Assembly (NCBI GenBank): GCA_963765205.1 | Contig: CAVXVB010000009.1 | Location: 1,248,001 to 1,312,000, forward strand | Reading direction: 5' to 3' | DNA length: 64,000 nt | Source of the DNA: an uncultured Verrucomicrobiae bacterium | GTDB lineage: Bacteria > Verrucomicrobiota > Verrucomicrobiia > Opitutales > JABDGR01 | Program-made: the position numbers and the translations under genes | Shown here: positions 39,856 through 48,278 of the stretch, piece after piece | Layout of the letters: each line of letters starts with the position of its first letter | Numbering within the stretch: the first letter of the stretch is position 1 | The notes under the pieces: generated by a model | The model's input: only the letters and a program-made list of their open reading frames with translations | The model's database searches: none | Told to the model about the DNA's origin: nothing

Positions 39856-39926
39856 GCGTGCGTGGCGAAGCAGCAACGCAGCGGTCTGCCAGTCCGCAGT
39901 CCCGGGTGCGACTCCCGGCGCGCGCA
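39856..39926 (+). tRNA. tRNA-Gly(GCC), non-canonical elbow
   Basis: Acceptor GCGTGCG/CGCGCGC; loop CTGCCAG; T arm CCGGG-TGCGACT-CCCGG. Confidence 0.82.
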
Positions 39927-39932
39927 AGTTTT

Positions 39933-40005
39933 GCAGCCTTGGTGTCAATAGCAGCACAGCGGACTTTTAATCCGCAAGGTGTGGGTGCAAGTCCCACAGG
40001 CTGCA
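39933..40005 (+). tRNA. tRNA-Lys(TTT), non-canonical elbow
   Basis: Acceptor GCAGCCT/AGGCTGC; GCGGA-CTTTTAA-TCCGC; GTGGG-TGCAAGT-CCCAC. Confidence 0.9.
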
Positions 40006-40014
40006 CGACTTTTA

Positions 40015-40087
40015 CGCGACGTGCCCGAGCAGCAAAGGGGCTGGTCTGCAAAACCAGTGAGCGCGGGTGCAAGTCCCGTCGTCGCGT
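40015..40087 (+). tRNA. tRNA-Cys(GCA), non-canonical elbow
   Basis: Acceptor CGCGACG/CGTCGCG, U73 discriminator; CTGGT-CTGCAAA-ACCAG; GCGGG-TGCAAGT-CCCGT. Confidence 0.9.
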
Positions 40088-40096
40088 CTATTTTTA

Positions 40097-40169
40097 GGGG
40101 GCATGGTGTTCAACAGCAACATTCGATGTTCGCATGGTCGAGATGCGGGTGCAACTCCCGCTGCCTCCA
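40097..40169 (+). tRNA. tRNA-Ala(CGC), non-canonical elbow
   Basis: Acceptor GGGGGCA/TGCCTCC keeps G3:U70 and A73; loop TTCGCAT; GCGGG-TGCAACT-CCCGC. Confidence 0.85.
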
Positions 40170-40177
40170 CGCTTTAC

Positions 40178-40250
40178 ACGTCCGTAGTTCCAGGGAACTG
40201 CCCGGTCTCCAAAACCAGGCGGGCAGGTGCGACCCCTGCCGGGCGTGCCA
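40178..40250 (+). tRNA. tRNA-Trp(CCA), 4-nt D-loop, encoded CCA
   Basis: Acceptor ACGTCCG/CGGGCGT + GCCA; D arm GTTC-CAGG-GAAC; loop CTCCAAA; GCAGG-TGCGACC-CCTGC. Confidence 0.8.
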
Positions 40251-40256
40251 ATTTTG

Positions 40257-40332
40257 GGAGGCTAAGCTAATCTAGTGAAAGCGCGCGGCTGAAGCCCGCG
40301 AGAGCGCGGCGCAAAACCGCGAGCCTCCACCA
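40257..40332 (+). tRNA. tRNA-Phe(GAA), non-canonical elbow, encoded CCA
   Basis: Acceptor GGAGGCT/AGCCTCC + ACCA; CGCGG-CTGAAGC-CCGCG; CGCGG-CGCAAAA-CCGCG. Confidence 0.85.
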
Positions 40333-40337
40333 TTTTC

Positions 40338-40408
40338 CGCGGGCTGGGCGAGGTCCCCGCCTGGTCTCATAAGCCACGGCGTGGCCGGTGCAACTCCGGC
40401 GCCCGCCA
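40338..40408 (+). tRNA. tRNA-Met(CAT), initiator-like, reduced D arm
   Basis: Starts CGCGGG with a 1:72 mismatch (C:C); loop CTCATAA; GCCGG-TGCAACT-CCGGC. Confidence 0.72.
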
Positions 40409-40419
40409 TTTTTCTTTAT

Positions 40420-40491
40420 CAGGCCATGGCAGAGCAGCAATGCACTCCGTTCGGGACGGAGACAGCGCCGGTGCAAGTCCGGCTGGCCTGA
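40420..40491 (+). tRNA. tRNA-Pro(CGG), non-canonical elbow
   Basis: Acceptor CAGGCCA/TGGCCTG + A73; CTCCG-TTCGGGA-CGGAG; GCCGG-TGCAAGT-CCGGC. Confidence 0.9.
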
Positions 40492-40500
40492 CTTTATTAC

Positions 40501-40573
40501 GCAGCGGAAGACAAACAGCAGAGTCGCCACCTTGTCACGGTGGAGAGAGCGGGGGCAGCACCCGTCCGCCGCG
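40501..40573 (+). tRNA. tRNA-Asp(GTC), divergent T-loop
   Basis: Acceptor GCAGCGG/CCGCCGC (one mismatch) + G73; CCACC-TTGTCAC-GGTGG; GCGGG-GGCAGCA-CCCGT. Confidence 0.8.
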
Positions 40574-40584
40574 CCCTTTTCGAT

Positions 40585-40657
40585 CGAGGCGTCGCCAAGC
40601 AGCCAAGGCATCTGGCCTACACCCAGACACGCGGGGGTGAGAGTCCCTCCGCCTCGA
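40585..40657 (+). tRNA. tRNA-Val(TAC), C33 and divergent T-loop
   Basis: Acceptor CGAGGCG/CGCCTCG + A73; TCTGG-CCTACAC-CCAGA; GGGGG-TGAGAGT-CCCTC. Confidence 0.75.
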
Positions 40658-40666
40658 CCCTTTCCT

Positions 40667-40740
40667 TGCCGGGTAGCTCAACAGCAGAGTGTCCGGTTGT
40701 TACCCGGATGATGCAGGTGCGATTCCTGCCCCGGCAGCCA
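40667..40740 (+). tRNA. tRNA-Asn(GTT), non-canonical elbow, encoded CCA
   Basis: Acceptor TGCCGGG/CCCGGCA + GCCA; TCCGG-TTGTTAC-CCGGA; GCAGG-TGCGATT-CCTGC. Confidence 0.9.
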
Positions 40741-40743
40741 TTA

Positions 40744-40780
40744 GCGGGTGGTGGGACAGAAGCAAGAGCGCCGGCTCATA
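40744..40780 (+). pseudogene. 5' half of a 13th tRNA (CAT anticodon), truncated
   Basis: GCGGGTG..CAGAAGCA..GCCGG-CTCATA, then the sequence switches to the RAYT element end; no T arm follows. Confidence 0.55.
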
Positions 40781-40783
40781 GCA

Positions 40784-41822
40784 GGGGTCAGGCTGCACCT
40801 TATTACCTTGACAGAACCAACCTTCCCGCAAATTCTATCGATTATGCCGCGCAAACTACGCTTGGAATTCCCGGGAGCCGTTTACCACGTCATCAACCGG
40901 GGGAACTACCGCCACGACATTTTTGCCACCAGCGGGGCGCGGGCGGCTTTCATGAGTTGTGTCTGGGAGGCCTGCCAAAAATCGGGCTGGCGGCTGCACG
41001 CCTATGTGCTCATGCGCAACCATTACCACCTGGCGCTGGAAACCCCCAAAGGCAACCTGGTGGCGGGCATGCAATGGCTGCAGGCGACGTTTGCCAACCG
41101 CTTCAACCGGCTCCGCGGCGAGCGCGGGCATCTCTTTCAAGGACGCTACAAGGCTTTGCTGGTCGAACCCGGCGCGGCGCTGGGCCAGTTGTGCCACTAC
41201 ATCCACCTGAACCCCGTGCGCGCCAAAGTCGTGACCGTCGAGCGGTTGAGAAAATTCCGCGATTCCAGCTATTGGCAGCTTTGGCATCGGGCGGAACGTC
41301 CGCCTGCCCTGTGCGTGCAGACGGCGCTGCGGCAGGCGGGCGGCTTGGCCGACACCCCTGGCCGGGCATGCAGCCTACGAAAAATTTCTCGCCTGGCAGG
41401 CCGCGCACGGGCCGGTCGGGCGCAACCAGGCTTATGTGTCCCTGAGCCGGGGCTGGGTGCTGGGCAGCCCGACATTCAAGGAAAACCTGCTCAAGGAACA
41501 CTCCTTGGCCGCCGACACCCGCGCCTGGGAAACCAGCGGCAAAACCCACATCCGCCAGCGCGCATGGGACCCGCGCCCTGCGGGAGGGCTTGCACCGCTT
41601 GCGCCAGCCCGAAAAAAATCTCACCGCGGGCCACTTGGCGCAGCCGTGGAAGATTGCCTTGGCGCTGTTCTTGAAGCAAACCACCCAAGCCTCGAATCCC
41701 TGGCTCGCCCTTCATTTCGGCTCGCCCAGCCCCACCTACCTCAGCAAACTCATCTGCACCCACCGCCATGACCCCCAACTCCACCCCTTCCTCCAAAAAC
41801 TCAGGTAAAAAGGTGCAGCCTG
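40784..41822 (+). mobile_element. RAYT/Y1-type transposase element with short terminal inverted repeats
   Basis: GGGGTCAGGCTGCACCTT at left and AAGGTGCAGCCTG at right (13-bp perfect IR) flanking the transposase. Confidence 0.7.
40844..41808 (+). CDS. REP-associated tyrosine (HUH/Y1) transposase, apparent frameshifts near 41360 and 41570
   Basis: MPRKLRLEFPGAVYHVINRGN, AYVLMRNHYHL (HUH), GHLFQGRYKA, YIHLNPVRA, SSY. Confidence 0.85.
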
Positions 41823-41877
41823 GGCTTGCCCCTCTCTTCGGCCCCCAAACCGGTGGCGGCGCATTCAGCAGTCAAAC

Positions 41878-42497
41878 TTACTTCACCGCCACGCCGAGCG
41901 GCAGCACCGCCTTGCCGTAAACTTCATTCAGCACCTGGGCCAGGCCGACATACATCGCGGAGAGGCCGCACCCAATGCCTTCGTAGCCGGTGACGTGCTC
42001 GAAGCCTTCGCCCATGTCCGAAAACTTGCCGAGCGCGAGCATGATAAAGAGCACAGTCAGGGTGGCGAAGACAACTTGCAGGGCGCGGCTCAAGCGCAGG
42101 GTGCCGACGAAAAGAACCGCCGTGAACAACCCCCATATCGCCAGATAGAAGCCAAACGCGGGACCGGCAGGGCCCTCGACCAAGGCTGCCATGGTTCCCG
42201 GCGAGGTAGACCCAATTTTGGGGAGAAGAATCAAAGCCACGAGGGAAAGCCAGAACATGCCATAGGAAAGAAAAGCGGTGGTGGCAAACGTGTTGCCCTT
42301 CTTCCATTCCATGATGCCCGCGATGACCTGCGCGGTGCCGCCATAAAAAATTCCCATGGCGAGAATCATGCTGTTCATTTCGTAGTAGCCGGCATTGTGC
42401 AGGTTGAGCAGCACGGTGGTCATGCCAAAGGCGAGCAGGCCAGGGGAGCGGGGTTTGCGGTCGTGTCTTTGAGCTGGGTCGCGACGGGGTCGGGCAT
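41878..42497 (-). CDS. satP: Acetate uptake channel, GPR1/FUN34/YaaH family; 1-bp deletion near 42440
   Basis: ANPAPL[G][30 protein letters not shown]; adding one G restores NPAPLGL. Confidence 0.85.
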
Positions 42498-42723
42498 GGG
42501 ATGAGGGAGTTTGGGGTTAGGCAGGGGGGAGGCGGGAGGATTAACTTTCCGCAGCAGGCAAGTCAAGAACAGGTCAGATGGGATGCTGTTGGGGCGGGTC
42601 AAAGGGAACGGCGGGGCGGTATTTGGCCGCCCGGAGCCAGCCCATAATACCCTTGACGAAATCCGCCCAAAGGAGCAGTTTTCACCTGTTCAGATTCAAC
42701 CCCACCCCAATCGGAGAACAGCC

Positions 42724-44136
42724 ATGTCCACGACCCGTCGCGATTTCCTCGCCACCACCGCCACCGCTGCCGGTTTTGTCGCCACCTCCCGCTTTGCGCT
42801 CGGCCAAGCCGCGCTGGCGGCGACGCCCGCCGCCAGTCCCACGACAGCAACCCCCGCCGCCTTCACTCCCAAGTCGGCGGCCACCGCCGACTTTCTTAAA
42901 TTGATCGGTCCGGATCAATCCGCCGAACTGGTCAAACGCCTGCAGAAAACCAATTTGGATATCAAAACCAAGGGGCTGAAAACCATTGACGGACGCTCCG
43001 GCGCCGGCGGGGATTTTCTAACCGGCTATCCCTACACGGAATTCTATGACTGGGATTTATACTTTGAAAATCTTTATAATGGTTACTACGGTGTTTACCC
43101 GTATTGCTACACCAACATGAAGGAGTTCCTGAGCCGCCAGCAGGCGGACGGCTACATCAACCGCTCCCTGCACAAGCAACGTGACCGCCAGCACTTCAAG
43201 CCCTTCCTCGCCCAACTCACCGTATTGGGCGCCCTCCAGAGCAACAACGACTATGCCTGGCTGAACACTTCGCCCACGACCGCGACCGTCCCCGCAAACG
43301 GCACCTATTACAACCGGCTCAAAAAATATATTGATAAGTGGTTCAGTTACGATGGCGACGGCAACGGACTGCCGACCTGGAACTCCTGCGATGCCGCGGG
43401 CAACGACAACCAATGGAGCCGCGGCGGCCAACTCGGCGCCTTTATTGACGAAGGCGTGGATTTGGCCAGCTACCTCGTGCGCGAAATGCGGGCCATGGCC
43501 ATCATCGCCGACCACCTCGGCCAGAAAGACGACAGCAAGGCCTACACCGCCCACGCGGACCAGGTGTGCAAACTCATCAACAACGTCTTCTGGGACGAAA
43601 AGGACGGCATTTATTACGACCGCAACGAAAAGACAAAGGAGATGATCCGTGTCAAATCCGTCACCTGCTTTATGCCGCTGTTCTGCGGCGCGGCGACGCC
43701 CGAGCGCGCGAAACGCACCATCAACGAGCGGCTGCTCAATGAAAAGGAATTCTGGCTCGCCTACCCCGTCGCCAGCTACGCGAAGACGGAGCCGGACTAC
43801 TATCAAGGCTCCCACAACGAATGCAACTGGCGCGGTTCCACCTGGGCGCCCACCAACTACATGATCTTCCAGGGCCTCATCCGTTACGGCTACAAGGATG
43901 TCGCCAAGGAACTGGCCGCGCGCCTGTTCAACATGGCACTCGTGAAAAACACCGGCTTGTGCGAATACTACAATGCGGAAGACGGTTCCGGCCTCGGCCA
44001 TACGCAATTCTGGGGCTTCACCTCCCTCTATTATGTCATGCTGCTCGAATGGCACTTGAACTACGATATTTCCGACCTCGAAAAACCCTTCCGCCCCATC
44101 ATCCCCGACGAACTGGGCGTAAAATTCGACGTTTAG
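42724..44136 (+). CDS. Tat-exported (alpha/alpha)6 glycoside hydrolase (GH63/trehalase-like)
   Basis: TRRDFL twin-arginine signal; [26 protein letters not shown]. Confidence 0.82.
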   Translation: MSTTRRDFLATTATAAGFVATSRFALGQAALAATPAASPTTATPAAFTPKSAATADFLKLIGPDQSAELVKRLQKTNLDIKTKGLKTIDGRSGAGGDFLTGYPYTEFYDWDLYFENLYNGYYGVYPYCYTNMKEFLSRQQADGYINRSLHKQRDRQHFKPFLAQLTVLGALQSNNDYAWLNTSPTTATVPANGTYYNRLKKYIDKWFSYDGDGNGLPTWNSCDAAGNDNQWSRGGQLGAFIDEGVDLASYLVREMRAMAIIADHLGQKDDSKAYTAHADQVCKLINNVFWDEKDGIYYDRNEKTKEMIRVKSVTCFMPLFCGAATPERAKRTINERLLNEKEFWLAYPVASYAKTEPDYYQGSHNECNWRGSTWAPTNYMIFQGLIRYGYKDVAKELAARLFNMALVKNTGLCEYYNAEDGSGLGHTQFWGFTSLYYVMLLEWHLNYDISDLEKPFRPIIPDELGVKFDV

Positions 44137-44182
44137 CATCCATTCTTGTCCTCGGGCGGCGTTTTGCGGTAGGGTGGGTCGC

Positions 44183-45304
44183 ATGGGCAACATTTTCGGC
44201 AAGCTTTTCACCATTGCCACCTGGGGCGAGAGCCACGGCGGCGGCGTTGGCGTCGTCGTGGACGGCTGCCCGCCCAACCTGCCGCTCGCGCCCTCCGACA
44301 TCCAGGCCGACCTCGACCGCCGCCGCCCCGGCCAGAGCGACTTGACCACCACGCGCAAGGAAGCCGACACGGTCACCATCATCTCCGGCGTTTACGAGGG
44401 TTGCACCCTCGGCACGCCGATTGCCCTGCTAGTCGCAAACACCGACGCGCGGCCCGAGGCCTATGCGGAAATGCGCGAGAAATTCCGCCCCTCGCACGCC
44501 GATTACACGTATTTGGTGAAATTCGGCCTGCGCAACCACGAAGGCGGCGGGCGCTCATCCGCCCGCGAGACCATCGGGCGCGTCGCGGCCGGGGCCATCG
44601 CGAAAAAAATTCTCGCGCTGGGCGGCGGAGTGGAAATTCGCGCCTACGTCGAACAGGTGCAAAACATCATCCAGCCCGGGGCCGCGAAGCTAACCGCGGG
44701 CGAAGCCGTGCCCTTCCCCACCCTCGCGCAGGTCGAAGCAAACGCCGTGCGCTGCCCGGATGCAAAGACCGCGGAGAAGATGATTAAGCTTATTAAGACG
44801 ATGCGCGCGCAGGGCGATTCCGTCGGCGGCGTGATTGTGGGCCGCGTGCGCGGCCTGCCGCCGGGCCTGGGCGAACCAGTATTCGACCGTCTCGAGGCGG
44901 ATTTGGCGAAGGCCATGCTTTCGCTGCCGGCGACGAAGGGCTTTGAAATCGGCAGCGGCTTCGCCGGCACCAAACTGACCGGCTCGCAGCACAACGACGC
45001 CTTCGTGTCGAGCGGCGGCAAAGTGCGCACGCTCACGAACCGTTCCGGCGGCGTGCAAGGCGGCATCAGCAATGGCGAGGAACTTTTCTTCCGCGTCGCC
45101 TTCAAGCCCACCGCCACGATTTTGCAAAAACAAAAAACCGTGGACACGAAAGGCCACGCAACGGAACTCATGGGCCGCGGCCGCCACGACCCGTGCGTCC
45201 TCCCCCGCGCCGTCCCCATCGTCGAAGCCATGACCGCCCTCGTCCTCGTGGACCATTGGCTCCGGCAGCATGCGCAGAATGGGGTGTTTGAGTTTGAAAA
45301 GTAA
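44183..45304 (+). CDS. aroC: Chorismate synthase
   Basis: [47 protein letters not shown]. Confidence 0.97.
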   Translation: MGNIFGKLFTIATWGESHGGGVGVVVDGCPPNLPLAPSDIQADLDRRRPGQSDLTTTRKEADTVTIISGVYEGCTLGTPIALLVANTDARPEAYAEMREKFRPSHADYTYLVKFGLRNHEGGGRSSARETIGRVAAGAIAKKILALGGGVEIRAYVEQVQNIIQPGAAKLTAGEAVPFPTLAQVEANAVRCPDAKTAEKMIKLIKTMRAQGDSVGGVIVGRVRGLPPGLGEPVFDRLEADLAKAMLSLPATKGFEIGSGFAGTKLTGSQHNDAFVSSGGKVRTLTNRSGGVQGGISNGEELFFRVAFKPTATILQKQKTVDTKGHATELMGRGRHDPCVLPRAVPIVEAMTALVLVDHWLRQHAQNGVFEFEK

Positions 45305-45316
45305 AAGGCCGCTACC

Positions 45317-45455
45317 ATGATACCTAACGTATTTTTAAGTTCGACAATTCGCGACCTGCATCACTTAAGGGATGCTGTTCGTGAAGTCATTTCAGACCTT
45401 GGCTACTACCCAGTTATGAGTGAATATGGTGAAGTCAGTTATCTTTTCATACCGA
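45317..45455 (+). pseudogene. N-terminal stub of a DUF4062-domain gene
   Basis: MIPNVFLSSTIRDLHHLRDAV....LGYYPVMSE; AT-rich, runs into the stop of the convergent ABC-F gene. Confidence 0.7.
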
Positions 45456-47333
45456 CTACCCCGCCTTCTCCAGCTCCGCCAGCGTGCCGGCGGCTTTTTC
45501 CCAGGCGGCGGTGGCGGTTTGCAGCTGGTCCACGACGTGACTGAGTTCGCGGTTGAGGTGCTGGGGCTGGCCGGGCTGGGTGTAGGTCTCGGGGGCTTCG
45601 AGCGCGGTGGTGAGTTCGCTTTGCTGCGCCTCGAGTTTGGCCACGGCTTCCTCCAAATGCCCGACTTCGATGCGGAGTTGCCGGAGTTTGGCCTTCTGCG
45701 CGCGTTCCTCGTCTTTGTTGCGGGCGGTGGGCGCCGCGGGCCGGGCGACCGAGGGGGCTTGCACGGGGCGGGCGTCCTGAAAACCGGCAGTAAGCGCGGC
45801 GCGTTCGTTGGTGGCGCGGGATTTTTCCAGGTAATAATCGTAGTCGCCGGCGTAGGGCGTGAGGCGGCCGGAGTGGACGTGCAGCACCGTCTTGGCCAGC
45901 GCGCGGATGAAATACACGTCGTGGCTGATGAAGATGAACGTGCCTTCGTAGCCTTGCAGCGCGGTCACCAGCGCGTCAATCGAGGCGATGTCGAGGTGCG
46001 TCGTCGGCTCGTCCATCAGCAGCAGGTTGGGCGGGTTGACGAGCAGGCGCGCGAGGGCGAGGCGGGATTTTTCCCCGCCGGAGAGGACGGAGACTTTTTT
46101 GTAAACGTCGTCCTTGCGGAAGAGGAACGCGCCGAGAATCGCGCGCACGCTTTGCTCCGACAGCGGGTTCTCCGAGCTATGCAGCTCCATCACATTTTCC
46201 AATACGGTGGCGTTGGCGCGGAGGTTTTCCGCGCGATTCTGCGCGAAGTAGCCGGAGACGACGTTGCTGCCCAGCTCGAGCGTGCCGCCCTGGATGGGCA
46301 CGACGCCGGCGAGGATTTTCAGGAATGTGGATTTGCCCGCGCCGTTGGGGCCGACGAGCACCATGCGCTGGCCGCGCTCGGCGGCGAAGTTGAGGTCGCG
46401 GTAAACAACGTGGTCGCCATAGGCCTGCCGCACATGTTCGAGGGTGACGACCTTGAGGCCGGAGCGCGGAGTCTTCGAGAATTTGAAATAGATGCGCTTG
46501 AGGTCGTCCTCCGGCTCGTCCACCGCGACTTTTTCGAGGCGCTCGATTTGCTTTTCCTTGGATTTGGCGCGCGAGGCCATCGAGGCCTTGGCGCCGAAGC
46601 GGTCCACGAATTTTTGCAAATGGGCGATTTGGCGCTGCTGGTTTTTGAAAGCGGAGGCCTGCTGGTTCTTGCGCGCCTCCTTTTCGACCAGGTAATCGTC
46701 GTAATTGCCGGTATAACGGTTCAGCGCACCCCCGCGCAGTTCGAGAATGCCAGTGCAGAGCGTATTGAGAAACGTGCGGTCGTGCGAGATGACGACGAGG
46801 CCGCCGGCATAAGTGCGCAGGTAGTCCTGAAACCAGAGCAACGCTTCAAGATCCAAATGGTTGGTCGGCTCGTCGAGCAGAAGCAGGGCCGGTTCGCTCA
46901 CGAGCAGGCGGGCGATGTGCGCGCGCATGACCCAGCCTCCGGAAAAGGACTTGGCCTGGCGCAGGTGGTCTTCCTCGCGGAAGCCGAGGCCGGCCAGGAT
47001 TTTCTTGGCGCGCGGTTCGAGGGTGTAATCAATGTCGAAGTCCTCGTCGGAATCGGGGAGCAGTTTTTTCCCGCTGGTGGCGATTTCGAGGATGGTTTCC
47101 TCGCCGATGGGGGCGCTCTCCTGCGGCAGGTAGCCGAAATCGGCGCCGCGCTCCCACTCGATGGAACCCTCGTCCGGGGCGTCCAGGCCCAGGATCAGGT
47201 TGAAGAGCGTGGTCTTGCCCGCGCCGTTGGGGCCGACCAGGCCGTAGCGGTCGGAACGTGCAATAAAGAGCGACACCTCGCTGAAGAGTGAGCGGGTGGC
47301 GTAAGATTTGGAGACATCGGCAAGCGTGAGCAT
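45456..47333 (-). CDS. ABC-F family ATPase
   Basis: Two NBDs (GPNGAGKT/KS, FSGGW/LSGGEK, DEPTNHLD/DEPTTHLD), no TM segments, C-terminal coiled coil. Confidence 0.94.
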   Translation of the reverse strand: MLTLADVSKSYATRSLFSEVSLFIARSDRYGLVGPNGAGKTTLFNLILGLDAPDEGSIEWERGADFGYLPQESAPIGEETILEIATSGKKLLPDSDEDFDIDYTLEPRAKKILAGLGFREEDHLRQAKSFSGGWVMRAHIARLLVSEPALLLLDEPTNHLDLEALLWFQDYLRTYAGGLVVISHDRTFLNTLCTGILELRGGALNRYTGNYDDYLVEKEARKNQQASAFKNQQRQIAHLQKFVDRFGAKASMASRAKSKEKQIERLEKVAVDEPEDDLKRIYFKFSKTPRSGLKVVTLEHVRQAYGDHVVYRDLNFAAERGQRMVLVGPNGAGKSTFLKILAGVVPIQGGTLELGSNVVSGYFAQNRAENLRANATVLENVMELHSSENPLSEQSVRAILGAFLFRKDDVYKKVSVLSGGEKSRLALARLLVNPPNLLLMDEPTTHLDIASIDALVTALQGYEGTFIFISHDVYFIRALAKTVLHVHSGRLTPYAGDYDYYLEKSRATNERAALTAGFQDARPVQAPSVARPAAPTARNKDEERAQKAKLRQLRIEVGHLEEAVAKLEAQQSELTTALEAPETYTQPGQPQHLNRELSHVVDQLQTATAAWEKAAGTLAELEKAG

Positions 47334-47445
47334 CGTGAAGAGAACCGACTATCTGGACACAAAACGCCGCCGAGGTCAACGTTACAACGCTCGACGGTAG
47401 TGTCCGGTTTTGAGCAATGACTTTTTACAAATGGCGTTTCGGCCA

Positions 47446-47739
47446 TTACTTTTTCGCCTCGGACATGACGTAAGCTCGCACGGCAGTAAGCGGCGAGATG
47501 ACAGGCGGCAAATCTAGCACGGCAATCGTGTTGCTGCCCGTCTTGCCATCGTAGGCCCAAGCGTAGCACTTCTTGGCCTTGGGGTGGCCTATCAGGTCAA
47601 AGACTTCTACGTCACCTTCCCAGACTGTGCGCCCTTTGAACATCTCGCGCACAGCAACCGTCTCGACATGGCGAGAATCGGAGCCGTGGACAGCCTTAAT
47701 GGCCTTCTGCAAGTGCGCTAGATATTGCTCGCGCGTCAT
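47446..47739 (-). CDS. Hypothetical passenger protein (97 aa)
   Basis: MTREQYLAHLQKAI...VWEGDVEVFDLIGHPKAKKCYAW...PPVISPLTAVRA; ATGA overlap with the transposase stop. Confidence 0.75.
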   Translation of the reverse strand: MTREQYLAHLQKAIKAVHGSDSRHVETVAVREMFKGRTVWEGDVEVFDLIGHPKAKKCYAWAYDGKTGSNTIAVLDLPPVISPLTAVRAYVMSEAKK

Positions 47740-48032
47740 TGCTGGTAGGAGAAGAAAACGAGGTCTTGAACGGTTAGGGGCGAGCGTTCGACACCCGCCG
47801 CCATCGCCGGGGTGCAACGGATAGTGGAGTGAAACTTCACAAGGTTGTAATACGCGAAATGCAGCGCCACCGCAGCCTTAAAATTTTCCAGCTTTTTAGA
47901 GAACGCATTGGTGAGCCGGGAGAATCGGCGGCAGTGCATCCGCACAGTGTGGTTTTGCTTTTCAACGTAGGAGGTGGAGATTTTGCTTTCATCGGGCGCG
48001 CCGACGATCACGGTTTTCTCCGTGCTGATACC
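47736..48032 (-). pseudogene. C-terminal fragment of an IS1-family DDE transposase
   Basis: ISTSYVEKQNHTVRMHCRRFSRLTNAFSKKLEN..AAVALHFAYYN...TPAMAAG. Confidence 0.85.
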
Positions 48033-48278
48033 TGCACAAACTACGTCAAAGACCGTCATGTTTTGGCGGCAGCGATCAAATGCAAAGCTGAAATTATAGT
48101 GACATCCAATCTGCGCGACTTTCTTCCTACCGACTTACAACCGCTTGGGATTCGTGCCGTGCATCCTTCGCATTTTCTAATTGATTTATATGAGTTGGAT
48201 GCCGGGAATGTGGTCGCCAGACTTGGGGTAATAGCCAGTGAACGGAAAAAAGCCCCCCAGCAAATCCTCTCGAACTAA
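48033..48278 (+). pseudogene. PIN-domain gene fragment, 5' part deleted, IS5 inserted at its 3' end
   Basis: KDRHVLAAAIKCKAEIIVTSNLRDF; a plausible continuation (RKTVPEFSVFV) lies after the IS but in a shifted frame. Confidence 0.8.

Noticed and set aside
39772..40740. CRISPR array, suggested by GGTGCAAGTCC/GGTGCAACTCC recurring about every 80 bp
   Set aside because: The recurring motif is the T arm of successive cloverleafs; flanks differ, each unit has acceptor and anticodon stems, and there are no cas genes.
39746..40843. Short ORFs over the array (e.g. 39768-40097, 39979-40275, 40388-40711) and 5' extensions of the RAYT ORF
   Set aside because: They overlap tRNA genes and have no protein motifs.
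41823..41877. 3' half of the truncated tRNA after the RAYT element (AACCGGT at ~41848)
   Set aside because: No T arm or acceptor complement follows; probably coincidental.
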